A stretch of 64,000 nucleotides of DNA from Bacteroidales bacterium. Its GTDB lineage: Bacteria > Bacteroidota > Bacteroidia > Bacteroidales > F082. The notes below the pieces were generated by a model that was given only the letters and a program-made list of their open reading frames with translations, ran no database searches and had not been told where the DNA came from. Of the stretch, positions 51,659 to 60,632 are shown piece by piece. The translations under genes were made by a program, and so were the position numbers. Position 1 is the stretch's first letter. Each line of letters starts with the position of its first letter. The stretch is taken from contig JAQVGO010000003.1 in assembly GCA_028696715.1 (NCBI GenBank), positions 10,785-74,784 of the forward strand, given 5' to 3'.

Positions 51659-52576
51659 ATGATGTTGCTCAATAAAATGATTGCCGGTATGCTGCCCTTT
51701 ATGCCGAAAAGCTTTGTATGGCTATTTTCGAAACGCTATATTGCCGGAAAAACAATCGAAGATGCGATAACTGTTAGCCGGCAATTGAATGAAGAAGGGA
51801 TGATGGTCACCATAGATTTGTTGGGCGAATTTATCACCCGTCTCGATCAGGCAGAAGCAAATAAAAATGAGTACCTGGATATCATTGAAACAATTCAGGC
51901 TGCTAATATCAATGGTAATTATTCATTGAAGCCGACTATGTTTGGCTTGTTGCTTGACAAAGAAGTAGCCTATAAATACATCCGTGAAATTGTTGCCAAA
52001 GCTGCTTCGTTTAACAATTTTGTGCGGGTGGACATGGAAGATTCGCAATGTGTGGATATGGAAATAGACCTCTTCCGCAAATTAAAAGCCGAATTTCCAA
52101 AAAACGTTGGCTTAGTGCTTCAGGCTTACCTGAAACGCACCAAAGGCGACATCAAAAACATGCTCGATTTGCAACAGGAAGGTATTCCGGTAAATTATCG
52201 CCTGTGCAAAGGCATTTATGTGGAACCGGCAGAAATTGCCTACAAAAAGTACGAAGTAGTTAACGAACATTTTCTGGAAGATTTGGAATATATGTTCCAA
52301 AACGGCATTTATGCAGCCATTGCCACACACGACAAACCACTTGTTGAGGGTGCTTACAAATTGATTGAAAAGTATAAAGTGCCCAAGCATATGTACGAAT
52401 TCCAAATGCTTTACGGCGTAACGCCTCAATTGCGCAAATCCATTGTTGACGATGGCCATCGCATGCGTATCTATGTTCCCTATGGCGAACAATGGTTTGC
52501 CTACTCCACACGCCGCTTAAAAGAAAACCCAGGCATGGCAATGGACATTATCAAAGCTCTTTTTGTAAGAGGATAA
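51659..52576 (+). CDS. Proline dehydrogenase family protein (stand-alone)
   Basis: 305 aa: DLLGEF, RVDMEDS, QAYLKRT, CKGIY, ATHD, EFQMLYG, YVPYG..W..Y..RRL.ENP, matching the PutA PRODH barrel motifs. Confidence 0.88.
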   Translation: MMLLNKMIAGMLPFMPKSFVWLFSKRYIAGKTIEDAITVSRQLNEEGMMVTIDLLGEFITRLDQAEANKNEYLDIIETIQAANINGNYSLKPTMFGLLLDKEVAYKYIREIVAKAASFNNFVRVDMEDSQCVDMEIDLFRKLKAEFPKNVGLVLQAYLKRTKGDIKNMLDLQQEGIPVNYRLCKGIYVEPAEIAYKKYEVVNEHFLEDLEYMFQNGIYAAIATHDKPLVEGAYKLIEKYKVPKHMYEFQMLYGVTPQLRKSIVDDGHRMRIYVPYGEQWFAYSTRRLKENPGMAMDIIKALFVRG

Positions 52577-52596
52577 CCATCAAATTCTTTCATAAG

Positions 52597-52635
52597 AATA
52601 CCGTCAGAAAGCAATTTTCTGACGGTATTTTTTTT
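52597..52635 (+). terminator. Intrinsic terminator after the proline dehydrogenase gene
   Basis: Stem of 13-14 bp aataccgtcagaaa(52597-52610)/tttctgacggtatt(52616-52629), then a T-run to 52635. Confidence 0.9.
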
Positions 52636-52786
52636 AAATATCTCATAAATCCCGACCTTTATTATTTAGAATCCTTCTGAATTAGTGCAATTTAACAGGT
52701 TTTTATCGGGGTTTTTGTATTTTTCGGGTTCAAAAATTATCCGCTCCCGATTATCTGCAAATCTGAAATGTAAAACCAAACCAAAT

Positions 52787-53308
52787 ATGAAACTCCTCCT
52801 CACAGGTCTATGCGCCTTTTTGCTATCGCTGAACATTCATGCCAGTGACAGCCTGCCCCAGAGAGAAAATCAGCAGTTTCGGAAAATTGCACCCTCAACG
52901 CTGATTCAACTTGACAGTATTTCAAGTCATCCATTGCTTAAGGGTTTTTCAGCTTTGAATTTAAAAACCGTAAAAAGCAGTTATCAGTACAACAGCCATT
53001 TAACTGATAGTTTGATAATGGCTGATTCAGTTAGTGCAAACTTCTGGAATAAAATACTTTACGGCAGTAAAAGTCTTTTCGTTTTAGCAAAATCAGACTC
53101 CAGGTATGCTATGGCTCTTTTTTCTCCGATTGCCTCAGCGATTATCCTTATAATTATGATTCCGTTGTTATTCAGCCTGTTTTTTGTCCGGCTGAAATTG
53201 ACAACACCTGACTTGCCAGAAAATTTTTCAATTCAAAAGGATGATCCTAACCAATTGGAAGAAGAAGATGACAATGAATCTGAAAATTCAAAAACAACAG
53301 CATCATGA
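52787..53308 (+). CDS. Small single-pass membrane protein (signal peptide, ectodomain of about 110 aa, TM helix, acidic tail), function unknown
   Basis: The start at MKLLLTGLCAFLLSLNIHA gives a signal peptide. TM helix AMALFSPIASAIILIIMIPLLFSLFFV, tail EEEDDNESEN. The stop overlaps the next ATG (ATGA). Confidence 0.6.
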   Translation: MKLLLTGLCAFLLSLNIHASDSLPQRENQQFRKIAPSTLIQLDSISSHPLLKGFSALNLKTVKSSYQYNSHLTDSLIMADSVSANFWNKILYGSKSLFVLAKSDSRYAMALFSPIASAIILIIMIPLLFSLFFVRLKLTTPDLPENFSIQKDDPNQLEEEDDNESENSKTTAS

Positions 53309-55113
53309 GTGAATTCCTATACGAAAAACGCGTTGACAGCGACAAGCAGCTGGAAAAAGAACTGAGATCACTCATAAATAATTGGGCTGCAAAAACACCA
53401 CATCATCCTTTTAAGAATCTTGGATCTGACATCAAAATTGAGTCTATTTGGTATAAGCCAGCTTATCCAATCCACATCCAGAGCCAGTTCGAAGAGCGTA
53501 GCAAAGGACAAGATCATGAGCCATTCCGAAACCAGGAAATTCCAGAACAACGATTCTATAACACAAGTGATTTCAATGCCTGGGACATAGAATTACCAGA
53601 TCTTTCGGGTTTTAAAAATGAATCCAAGAAATTTTATGTTGAGGGTTCACAACATGTTGAAAATTGCCATACTTGCAATGCCCGGGGATGGATCACCTGT
53701 GTGCAATGTCATGGCGAAACAACAGTTACCTGCCCGCGCTGCAGTGGAAGAGGAAAAGTAAATTGCAGCAGTTGTGGTGGCACAGGAAAAAGAAATTGCG
53801 GGACTTGCGGTGGCTCAGGATATACAAGTCGTCAGGTACAGCGTTCGAGACAAGTTTGGGTGCAAGGGACATCCTCTTCAGGAGGATACTACAGAACTGA
53901 TTATTACACCGAAACAGTAAGAGACCGATGCAGCAATTGCGGAGGCACCGGCAAAAAAAACTGTTCAACATGCAGTGGAACAGGTAAAGTAAGGTGCGGC
54001 ACTTGTTCGGGCAATGGATATATTACCTGTCCGAGATGCGGAGGAACAGGGCGAAACACCTGCCCTACCTGCGAAGGCGAAACACAACTGATGCATTATC
54101 TATATGTGCAGCGCGATTTGAGCACCATGGATAAACAAAATTGCATCATACATTCAGAGGTGTTTGACCGATTTCCACAGTACCTGGACGAGTATCCGAA
54201 TTACAGTTCCAAAAGTATTTTCAAACGAAAAGACAAACATCTAAGTGACGACATCATTCCAGAGGAAACTCATCTCAATGCATTTATTAACGACTTCCTG
54301 GCCAAACATCATGAGGCCGAAAAACCGGATCATATACTTCAATACGAGCAAATAGAAGTATCGCGCATCGAAACCTGGGAGCTCTATTATAGCTTTAAGG
54401 GTAAGTCCTATGCCATGGTATTTATTGGAGACGAAAAAGAACTTATACCCGGAGAAAGCCCAATCTCTGATGTTGCTTTCGACCTGTGGCATGATGGAGT
54501 GCAGGCAGCAAAATTAATGCGCAACGCTACTGCCCTAAGCAAACTAAAAAAAGCCAAAGACATCAACACCTATGAAGTAAGGGAACAGCTAAATGAAGCT
54601 GTTGAAAAAGTAACACAAAAAGTAAATCAGGGATATAGAGCCGGAAGTTTGTTTGGATTATTACTCCTCCTGTTTCCGGGGGTTTTTGTGTTTTACAACT
54701 ATTACAGCCAGATTAATTATGTTCTGCCCTTTGTTTCCTTTGTGAATAATCCGGATCATTTTTTATTCGATTTTCATAGCTGGTCGCAAACACTGATGAG
54801 TTTGCTTTTGGTTTTTGGAGCCAGATCAACCAGTAATAGTCTTTTGACCAGACTGGAAAATAAAGTTCCCTCCGTAATAGCGAGATTTACTTTAGCCTTC
54901 ATTCTTACGGTAATTCTGGCTTTTATTTACACGGGATTATGGGCCGGACTTAATGTAATTGGAATTACGCTAATCATAACATTAATCGTTTGGCTGGCTT
55001 ATTGGGTAATCAAAATAATCCTGATCATTCTTGGCCTGGCCATTGGATTGATTATCTGGCTGGCAAAGATTGTCTGGGGAATATTAAGCTGGATTTACGG
55101 TTTATTCTTCTAA
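53305..55113 (+). CDS. Membrane-anchored protein with ten DnaJ-type CxxCxGxG zinc modules and no J domain, function unknown
   Basis: 602-aa ORF. CxxC modules at aa 121-175 and 209-260, a very hydrophobic Trp/Ile-rich C-terminal 150 aa, no signal peptide. Confidence 0.75.
   Translation: MSEFLYEKRVDSDKQLEKELRSLINNWAAKTPHHPFKNLGSDIKIESIWYKPAYPIHIQSQFEERSKGQDHEPFRNQEIPEQRFYNTSDFNAWDIELPDLSGFKNESKKFYVEGSQHVENCHTCNARGWITCVQCHGETTVTCPRCSGRGKVNCSSCGGTGKRNCGTCGGSGYTSRQVQRSRQVWVQGTSSSGGYYRTDYYTETVRDRCSNCGGTGKKNCSTCSGTGKVRCGTCSGNGYITCPRCGGTGRNTCPTCEGETQLMHYLYVQRDLSTMDKQNCIIHSEVFDRFPQYLDEYPNYSSKSIFKRKDKHLSDDIIPEETHLNAFINDFLAKHHEAEKPDHILQYEQIEVSRIETWELYYSFKGKSYAMVFIGDEKELIPGESPISDVAFDLWHDGVQAAKLMRNATALSKLKKAKDINTYEVREQLNEAVEKVTQKVNQGYRAGSLFGLLLLLFPGVFVFYNYYSQINYVLPFVSFVNNPDHFLFDFHSWSQTLMSLLLVFGARSTSNSLLTRLENKVPSVIARFTLAFILTVILAFIYTGLWAGLNVIGITLIITLIVWLAYWVIKIILIILGLAIGLIIWLAKIVWGILSWIYGLFF
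53665..54084 (+). repeat. Two blocks of five 33-nt (11-codon) CxxCxGxG modules inside the 602-aa CDS
   Basis: CHTCNARGWIT/CVQCHGETTVT/CPRCSGRGKVN/CSSCGGTGKRN/CGTCGGSGYTS, a 33-aa linker, then CSNCGGTGKKN/CSTCSGTGKVR/CGTCSGNGYIT/CPRCGGTGRNT/CPTCEGETQL. The period is exact, and the repeat is visible at protein level only. Confidence 0.85.
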
Positions 55114-55126
55114 ACAAATCCTTGTG

Positions 55127-56428
55127 TTACTCAACAATAACAAGATAATAAGTTTTCTTGCCCTTTTGAATGAGGATATAACGGCCGTTTAAAAGATCTG
55201 AGCTGGTAATTTGATAAGCCTCATTCACCTTTTCTTTATTGACGGAGAGGCCATTATCCTTAAGCATGCGACGTGCTTCCCCTTTTGAAGCAAAAATTGC
55301 TGTTTCAACGGCTAAAAATTCGGTGATATCAAGTCCTTCGCTTACTTTTTCCTTTGAAACTGTAACGGTTGGAACGCCCTCAAAAACGCTGATCAGGGTT
55401 TTCTCATCAAGTCTGCGTAAGGCCTCTGTTGTAGCTTTACCAAAAAGTATTTGAGAGGCTTCTTCAGCACCTTTAAGTGCTTCTTCGGAATGGACTCTGA
55501 TTGTAATTTCGCGGGCAAGTGCTTTTTGAAGCACACGTAAATGTGGTGACTGGCTATGTTCCTCAATCAATTTTTCAATCTCATCGCGACTCATTAAGGT
55601 GAATATTTTCACGTATTTGGCTGCATCCTCATCCGAGCAGTTAAGCCAAAACTGATAAAAAGCATAAGGAGTGGTTTTTTCGGGATCGAGCCAGATATTT
55701 CCTGTCTCTGTTTTTCCAAACTTTCCGCCATCAGCTTTGGTGATGAGCGGGCAGGTGAGTGCAAACGCCTGATTTTCGGCACCCATTTTTCTGCGGATCA
55801 ATTCTGTTCCGGTTGTGATATTTCCCCATTGGTCAGAACCTCCCATCTGCAACTTGCACTGTTTGTGCTGATATAAATACAGAAAGTCGTATCCCTGAAC
55901 CAATTGGTAAGTGAACTCGGTAAACGACATTCCACTTGCACTTTCAGATGACAAGCGCTTTTTTACAGAATCTTTCGACATCATGTAGTTTACAGTGATA
56001 TGTTTACCCACATCACGGATGAATTCCAAAAAGCTGAAATCCTTCATCCAGTCGTAATTATTCACCAGTTCGGCTTTGTTTGGAGCTTCAGTTTCAAAAT
56101 CCAAAAACTTGGCTAACTGCTGTTTCAGGCAATGCTGATTATGCCTGAGAGTGGCTTCATCCAACAAGTTACGCTCCTGCGATTTTCCTGAAGGATCGCC
56201 AATCATGCCTGTAGCTCCGCCAATCAAAGCCAGTGGTTTGTGACCTGCCAGCTGCAAATGTTTAAGCATCATAATGCTCACCAAATGACCAATATGCAAT
56301 GAATCTGCCGTGGGATCGATTCCAACATAAGCAGTTGTCATTTCTCTGGCTAACTGTTCCACGGTTCCAGGAGTCATATCATGTATCATTCCACGCCAGC
56401 GTAAGGCTTCAACAAAATTCTCAGGCAT
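55127..56428 (-). CDS. tyrS: Tyrosine--tRNA ligase
   Basis: 433 aa: HIGH motif (SLHIGHLV), KMSKS-equivalent KFGKT, C-terminal S4-like domain. Confidence 0.96.
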   Translation of the reverse strand: MPENFVEALRWRGMIHDMTPGTVEQLAREMTTAYVGIDPTADSLHIGHLVSIMMLKHLQLAGHKPLALIGGATGMIGDPSGKSQERNLLDEATLRHNQHCLKQQLAKFLDFETEAPNKAELVNNYDWMKDFSFLEFIRDVGKHITVNYMMSKDSVKKRLSSESASGMSFTEFTYQLVQGYDFLYLYQHKQCKLQMGGSDQWGNITTGTELIRRKMGAENQAFALTCPLITKADGGKFGKTETGNIWLDPEKTTPYAFYQFWLNCSDEDAAKYVKIFTLMSRDEIEKLIEEHSQSPHLRVLQKALAREITIRVHSEEALKGAEEASQILFGKATTEALRRLDEKTLISVFEGVPTVTVSKEKVSEGLDITEFLAVETAIFASKGEARRMLKDNGLSVNKEKVNEAYQITSSDLLNGRYILIQKGKKTYYLVIVE

Positions 56429-56454
56429 AAAAAAGATGTTAAAAAAATTCGGTG

Positions 56455-56462
56455 CAAAGATA
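56455..56462 (-). promoter_or_regulatory. Bacteroidota-type -7 box for tyrS
   Basis: caaagata is the reverse complement of TATCTTTG, 27 nt upstream of the tyrS ATG at 56428. Confidence 0.5.
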
Positions 56463-56542
56463 CATTTTTCCTACCGGCAAGCGAAAAAGTCCAAGGGAAG
56501 CACGATAAAAGCTCCAATTAGCATTATAAACAATCACTTGCT

Positions 56543-56550
56543 TACCTTTG
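56543..56550 (+). promoter_or_regulatory. Bacteroidota-type -7 box (TACCTTTG) abutting the SDR start codon
   Basis: Exact TAnnTTTG ending 4 nt before the ATG at 56555, which implies a leaderless or near-leaderless mRNA. Confidence 0.4.
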
Positions 56551-56554
56551 CAAA

Positions 56555-57565
56555 ATGATTTTTGTAACAGGGGCAAGCGGTTTGGTAGGCTCACATTTGG
56601 TTAGCAGATTGCTCAAAAACAATGTAAGAATTAGGGCACTGCGGAGACCTGATTCTGATTTGGGATTATTACAAAAGGTAATCAGTCGCGATCATGCGCA
56701 TCCGGAACAAATGCTCGATAAAATAGAATGGGTAACCGGAGATATTTTGGATTATTACAGCCTCGAAACAGCCCTCGAAAAAGTGCATACTGTATATCAC
56801 TGTGCAGCTATCGTTTCATTCGAAGGAACTGACAAAGGTAAAATGCTCAAAAACAACATCCTTGGAACGGCCAATATGGTAAATGCGGCTTTGTATCATG
56901 GCGTGGAAGCCTTTTGTTATGTGAGCTCCATTGCTGCTTTGGGTCGTTCAACCAAAGGAATACAAGTAACAGAAAAGACAATTTGGAAAAACTCTGATCG
57001 CAACACCGTTTATGCCCAATCAAAGCACGAGGCCGAAAAAGAGGTGTGGCGCGGCATTGCTGAAGGGTTACCTGCTGTAATCGTCAATCCGTCAATTGTT
57101 TTAGGTGCAGGCAATTGGGCTAATGGCAGTGCTGCAATCATTCATACGGTAAATAATGGCCTTAAATTCTACACCAAAGGAATCAATGGTTTCGTTGATG
57201 TGAAAGACCTCACCGAAGTGATGATACTGCTGGTACAAAAAAAACTTTTTGGCGAGCGTTTTATAGTTTCTGCAGCTGATGTTAGCTATCAACAGCTTTT
57301 TGAATGGATAGCAGCCGGACTAAATGTAGAAGGACCGAAAATCTATGCTAATCGTATGATGAGTAAAATAGCCTGGCGTTGGTTTGCCCTGCGAAAACTT
57401 TTAAGTGGTAAACGCGCTTTGATAACACGTGAAACTGCAAAAACAGCTCATTCAAAACACCATTATCCTGCAACCAAACTCATAGGGCTTACAGGATTCA
57501 ATTTCAAGCCTTTACAACAAAGTATCAATGAAATAACGGCGATTTATCGTGATGAAAACAGCTAA
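56555..57565 (+). CDS. NAD-dependent epimerase/dehydratase family protein (extended SDR)
   Basis: 336 aa: Rossmann motif VTGASGLVGSHL and catalytic YAQSK (YxxxK). Confidence 0.85.
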   Translation: MIFVTGASGLVGSHLVSRLLKNNVRIRALRRPDSDLGLLQKVISRDHAHPEQMLDKIEWVTGDILDYYSLETALEKVHTVYHCAAIVSFEGTDKGKMLKNNILGTANMVNAALYHGVEAFCYVSSIAALGRSTKGIQVTEKTIWKNSDRNTVYAQSKHEAEKEVWRGIAEGLPAVIVNPSIVLGAGNWANGSAAIIHTVNNGLKFYTKGINGFVDVKDLTEVMILLVQKKLFGERFIVSAADVSYQQLFEWIAAGLNVEGPKIYANRMMSKIAWRWFALRKLLSGKRALITRETAKTAHSKHHYPATKLIGLTGFNFKPLQQSINEITAIYRDENS

Positions 57566-57663
57566 AAAAATAATTTAAACAGATTCTAAACTACATGCTT
57601 TTCGAAAGCAGGCTGGTTTAAGTTTTAAATTTACGGCCGTAAACCTTTGCAAAATCAAGAATT

Positions 57664-58188
57664 ATGAAAAAAAATGTAATACTTTACTGGGCACCTGGTG
57701 GCAATGTTGAAAAAAACGCCAAAAGAATCCACGAATTCCTTGCCGGACATGACTTTGAACTGATGGATCTGGCCAGCTTTGACACCAATGAAGTTGAAAA
57801 TATCCAACGCTTTATACTTGGAATAGCCACTATTGGCGCCGAAATATGGCACGATGCCACAGGCGACAATCATTGGAATGACTTTTTTGTAAAAAACGAA
57901 AACGTTTCTTTTGAAGGCAAGCAATTTGCATTTTTTGGTTTGGGTGATCAGGTACTCTATCCCGATCATTTTGTTGACGCTTTGGGGTATTTGAAAGAAG
58001 AGGTTGAAAAACGCAATGGCACCATTGTTGGGCAATGGCCGGTTGGTGGATACACTTTTACTGATTCGGAAGGTATGGCTGATGGAAAGTTTTTTGGCCT
58101 GGCACTTGATGAAGACAAACAAGACCACTTAACTCCCGAGCGTATTCAAAAATGGGTGGAACAGCTCAAACGTGAAATGCAGCTTTAA
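57664..58188 (+). CDS. Long-chain flavodoxin-like protein with a divergent FMN-phosphate loop
   Basis: 174 aa, collinear with E. coli FldA (FGLGDQ..Y..F.DA, GLALDEDKQ..LT..RI..W). The SDTGNT loop is replaced by APGGNV. Confidence 0.8.
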   Translation: MKKNVILYWAPGGNVEKNAKRIHEFLAGHDFELMDLASFDTNEVENIQRFILGIATIGAEIWHDATGDNHWNDFFVKNENVSFEGKQFAFFGLGDQVLYPDHFVDALGYLKEEVEKRNGTIVGQWPVGGYTFTDSEGMADGKFFGLALDEDKQDHLTPERIQKWVEQLKREMQL

Positions 58189-58232
58189 ACCATTGGGCTT
58201 TTCTCTGAATTAATCATTACTTCTTCTGATTA

Positions 58233-59693
58233 TCAATTGTTTTGCTCTGCAATCAAGTTTTTGTAATGATCATAACGATCCACGATTTGCTCAACAAAAG
58301 CATAGGTTTCTTCTCCTCTGGCATAGCCATAATAGACAACAGAATCGTGATAAAATGCCGGCTTTGACTTGTTACGCATAAAGAAATCCGTTTCGCCGGT
58401 CCAAACATCTGGATTTCTATTGTATTTTTTTGCTAATCTTCTGGCATCCAGCACATGTCCAACTCCTGAGTTATAAGCTGCCAACACAAACTTAATGCGT
58501 TCGGCTGAATCAGTTATTGTTTCCGGAATTTGCCTGTCGAGGTATTGGATAAACTTGCCGCCAATCCTGATTTGATCTTCGGGCGAGGCAGTGCTGTCAA
58601 TCCCAAATTGTTCCATTACAACAGGCATCAGCTGCATTAATCCATAAGCCCCTGCCCAGCTCACCACATCGGTTTTAAACTCAGATTCCTGATATATCAA
58701 GGAAGCCAGCAAACGCCAGTCCCAACCAATACTTTGTGCTACTTCTTTAATAATTGGGTCATAGTCAGAAAGCCGGCCGGCATTGAAAGACGTATATTCG
58801 CTTTTGGCCAGATAACGAACCCTGTTGCTTTGAAAATACTTGTTGTAGATCACACGCGCTTCAAAAGTATCTCCAAACTTCGCAAGCCATAGATTGATCT
58901 CATTAAGCAATTGCTGTTGAGGTGTCTTTTTCACTGCCCAGGCCAGCTTTTGCGGAAAGCTGATCGGCATTTTCACATCTATGCCCGGATAAACCCTTTC
59001 GTTGATCAGTGCGATATGCTCATCGGCAACAGTATATTCAATTTCGCCACGTGCTACGGCTCCAATAAGATCTTCCACTTCTCTTTGATCCTCAACAACA
59101 TAAATGGTATCAGCTATTTCATCCATCAAGGTTTCCAATCGTTTTTTAAAAATACTGCCGGCTTCTACATGAATGGTTTTCTCCGCCAATTCGAGGCTGG
59201 AGCGCAACAGCTGATTCTCGATCTGGTCGCGTGTAGCCATCTGTTGCCAGCCTTCCGGCATTTGTTGTACTAAAACCTGTCGGGTGATAATGATGGGATC
59301 GGTAAAATCAAATTGCGCCCGCCGTTTCCCGGTAACAGTAAGGCCCATTGCAATCAGATCAACTTCGCCATCCTCAAGTAATTTAAATCCCTTCTCAAGA
59401 TTCTCTTCGATGCGCAATTCCAGTCTGATTCCAAGATATTCAGTAAATTTCTTGAGCAATTCGTACTGATAGCCCATCGGCTCACCACGATAGATATAGT
59501 AATTAACAGAGTTATAATCTGTTAGAGCGACCAATTTACCACGTTTAATAATCCGCTCAAGCACCTCCTGCGACGACAGATCGGTTTGCTGTTCAAGCTG
59601 TTTTTCACGCTTGGACTCTTCGCAGGAAAAAAACACCAAAACAATTAAAACCTGCAGAAAAAGAAAGAAAAAAGCCTTGATTTTTAACCTCAT
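58233..59693 (-). CDS. mltF: Membrane-bound lytic murein transglycosylase F-like protein (SBP_bac_3 plus SLT domains)
   Basis: Signal/lipoprotein-like N-terminus (MRLKIKAFFFLFLQVLIVLVFFSC), periplasmic-binding-type domain, SLT domain with the catalytic Glu context IYQESEF and AYGLMQLMP. ATG at 59693 is preferred. Confidence 0.88.
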   Translation of the reverse strand: MRLKIKAFFFLFLQVLIVLVFFSCEESKREKQLEQQTDLSSQEVLERIIKRGKLVALTDYNSVNYYIYRGEPMGYQYELLKKFTEYLGIRLELRIEENLEKGFKLLEDGEVDLIAMGLTVTGKRRAQFDFTDPIIITRQVLVQQMPEGWQQMATRDQIENQLLRSSLELAEKTIHVEAGSIFKKRLETLMDEIADTIYVVEDQREVEDLIGAVARGEIEYTVADEHIALINERVYPGIDVKMPISFPQKLAWAVKKTPQQQLLNEINLWLAKFGDTFEARVIYNKYFQSNRVRYLAKSEYTSFNAGRLSDYDPIIKEVAQSIGWDWRLLASLIYQESEFKTDVVSWAGAYGLMQLMPVVMEQFGIDSTASPEDQIRIGGKFIQYLDRQIPETITDSAERIKFVLAAYNSGVGHVLDARRLAKKYNRNPDVWTGETDFFMRNKSKPAFYHDSVVYYGYARGEETYAFVEQIVDRYDHYKNLIAEQNN

Positions 59694-59854
59694 TGTTCTA
59701 AAATCATGGCTAAAAATACAGCTATTTCCTAAAAAATCAAATTTGTTTCTGATTTCAAAACCGTCTGCAGCCAGCGATTTTACGCCATTAGGTTTGGTTA
59801 GGATGACCAACAACAAAAAAAAATAATTCTATTGACTTGTAAAACAGATTAATG

Positions 59855-59862
59855 TAGCTTTG
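59855..59862 (+). promoter_or_regulatory. Bacteroidota-type promoter (-33 TTG at 59832-59834, -7 TAGCTTTG) for the barrel/lipoprotein pair
   Basis: Exact TAnnTTTG 41 nt upstream of the ATG at 59903, with attgac 20 nt upstream of the box. Confidence 0.5.
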
Positions 59863-59902
59863 TCGTATAATTCTCAAAATAAACAACCAAAAATTAATTT
59901 TT

Positions 59903-60613
59903 ATGAAACGCCTGATAATTATCTTTTTTGCAAGCGTTTTCGGGTTTAGCAATCTGCAACTTCAGGCCCAGGAGATGCAGGAGGAAAGTCCATTCGAATA
60001 CGCTGACGACGACCAAAGGCAAGGATTCGGCTTTGGGCTCGGGGTGAAACTAAGCACTTTTGGCCCTGGCGCAGAAGTAATTGCCGCCATAAATCCCAAA
60101 CTTCACCTCCGGCTGGGAGGCACGTATTTTAAGTATAAATACACCCACGATGATAAAAATATTGATATAAACGGCAGTGCCGATGCAAGGTTAGGCAGCA
60201 TTTCTCTGCTGGCAAACTATTATATCGCAAGGATATTTTTCGTTAGTGGCGGTTTGCTCTATAATATGAATGAGGTTGACCTAAACGGATACCCTACAAA
60301 ATCAATCACGATTGGTGTTGTTGATGTTACGCCACAAGAAATTGGCACACTGGATTTTAAGGTTCAGCCGGGTTCCTCCATAACACCCTATCTGGGAATT
60401 GGATTAGGGCGTTCGTTGTCAAAAAACAATATAATTTCTTTTGCCGTTGAAGCCGGTGCCGCATTTCATGGCAAACCCAAGGTTGAGCTTAATGCCACTG
60501 GCATGCTCGAACCCACAGGATCTGAAGAACAAAGATTATTACTTGAAGATAATCTCTCTTCACTCAACATTTATCCCATGCTGAATTTTCAGCTTTCATT
60601 TCGCTTTTTATAG
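59903..60613 (+). CDS. Small outer-membrane beta-barrel protein
   Basis: 236 aa with a signal peptide (FGFSNLQLQAQ). Alternating hydrophobic strands rich in Gly and aromatic residues, with an aromatic residue near the C-terminus (LSFRFL). Confidence 0.65.
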   Translation: MKRLIIIFFASVFGFSNLQLQAQEMQEESPFEYADDDQRQGFGFGLGVKLSTFGPGAEVIAAINPKLHLRLGGTYFKYKYTHDDKNIDINGSADARLGSISLLANYYIARIFFVSGGLLYNMNEVDLNGYPTKSITIGVVDVTPQEIGTLDFKVQPGSSITPYLGIGLGRSLSKNNIISFAVEAGAAFHGKPKVELNATGMLEPTGSEEQRLLLEDNLSSLNIYPMLNFQLSFRFL

Positions 60614-60632
60614 AAAACAAAAATTTTAAATC

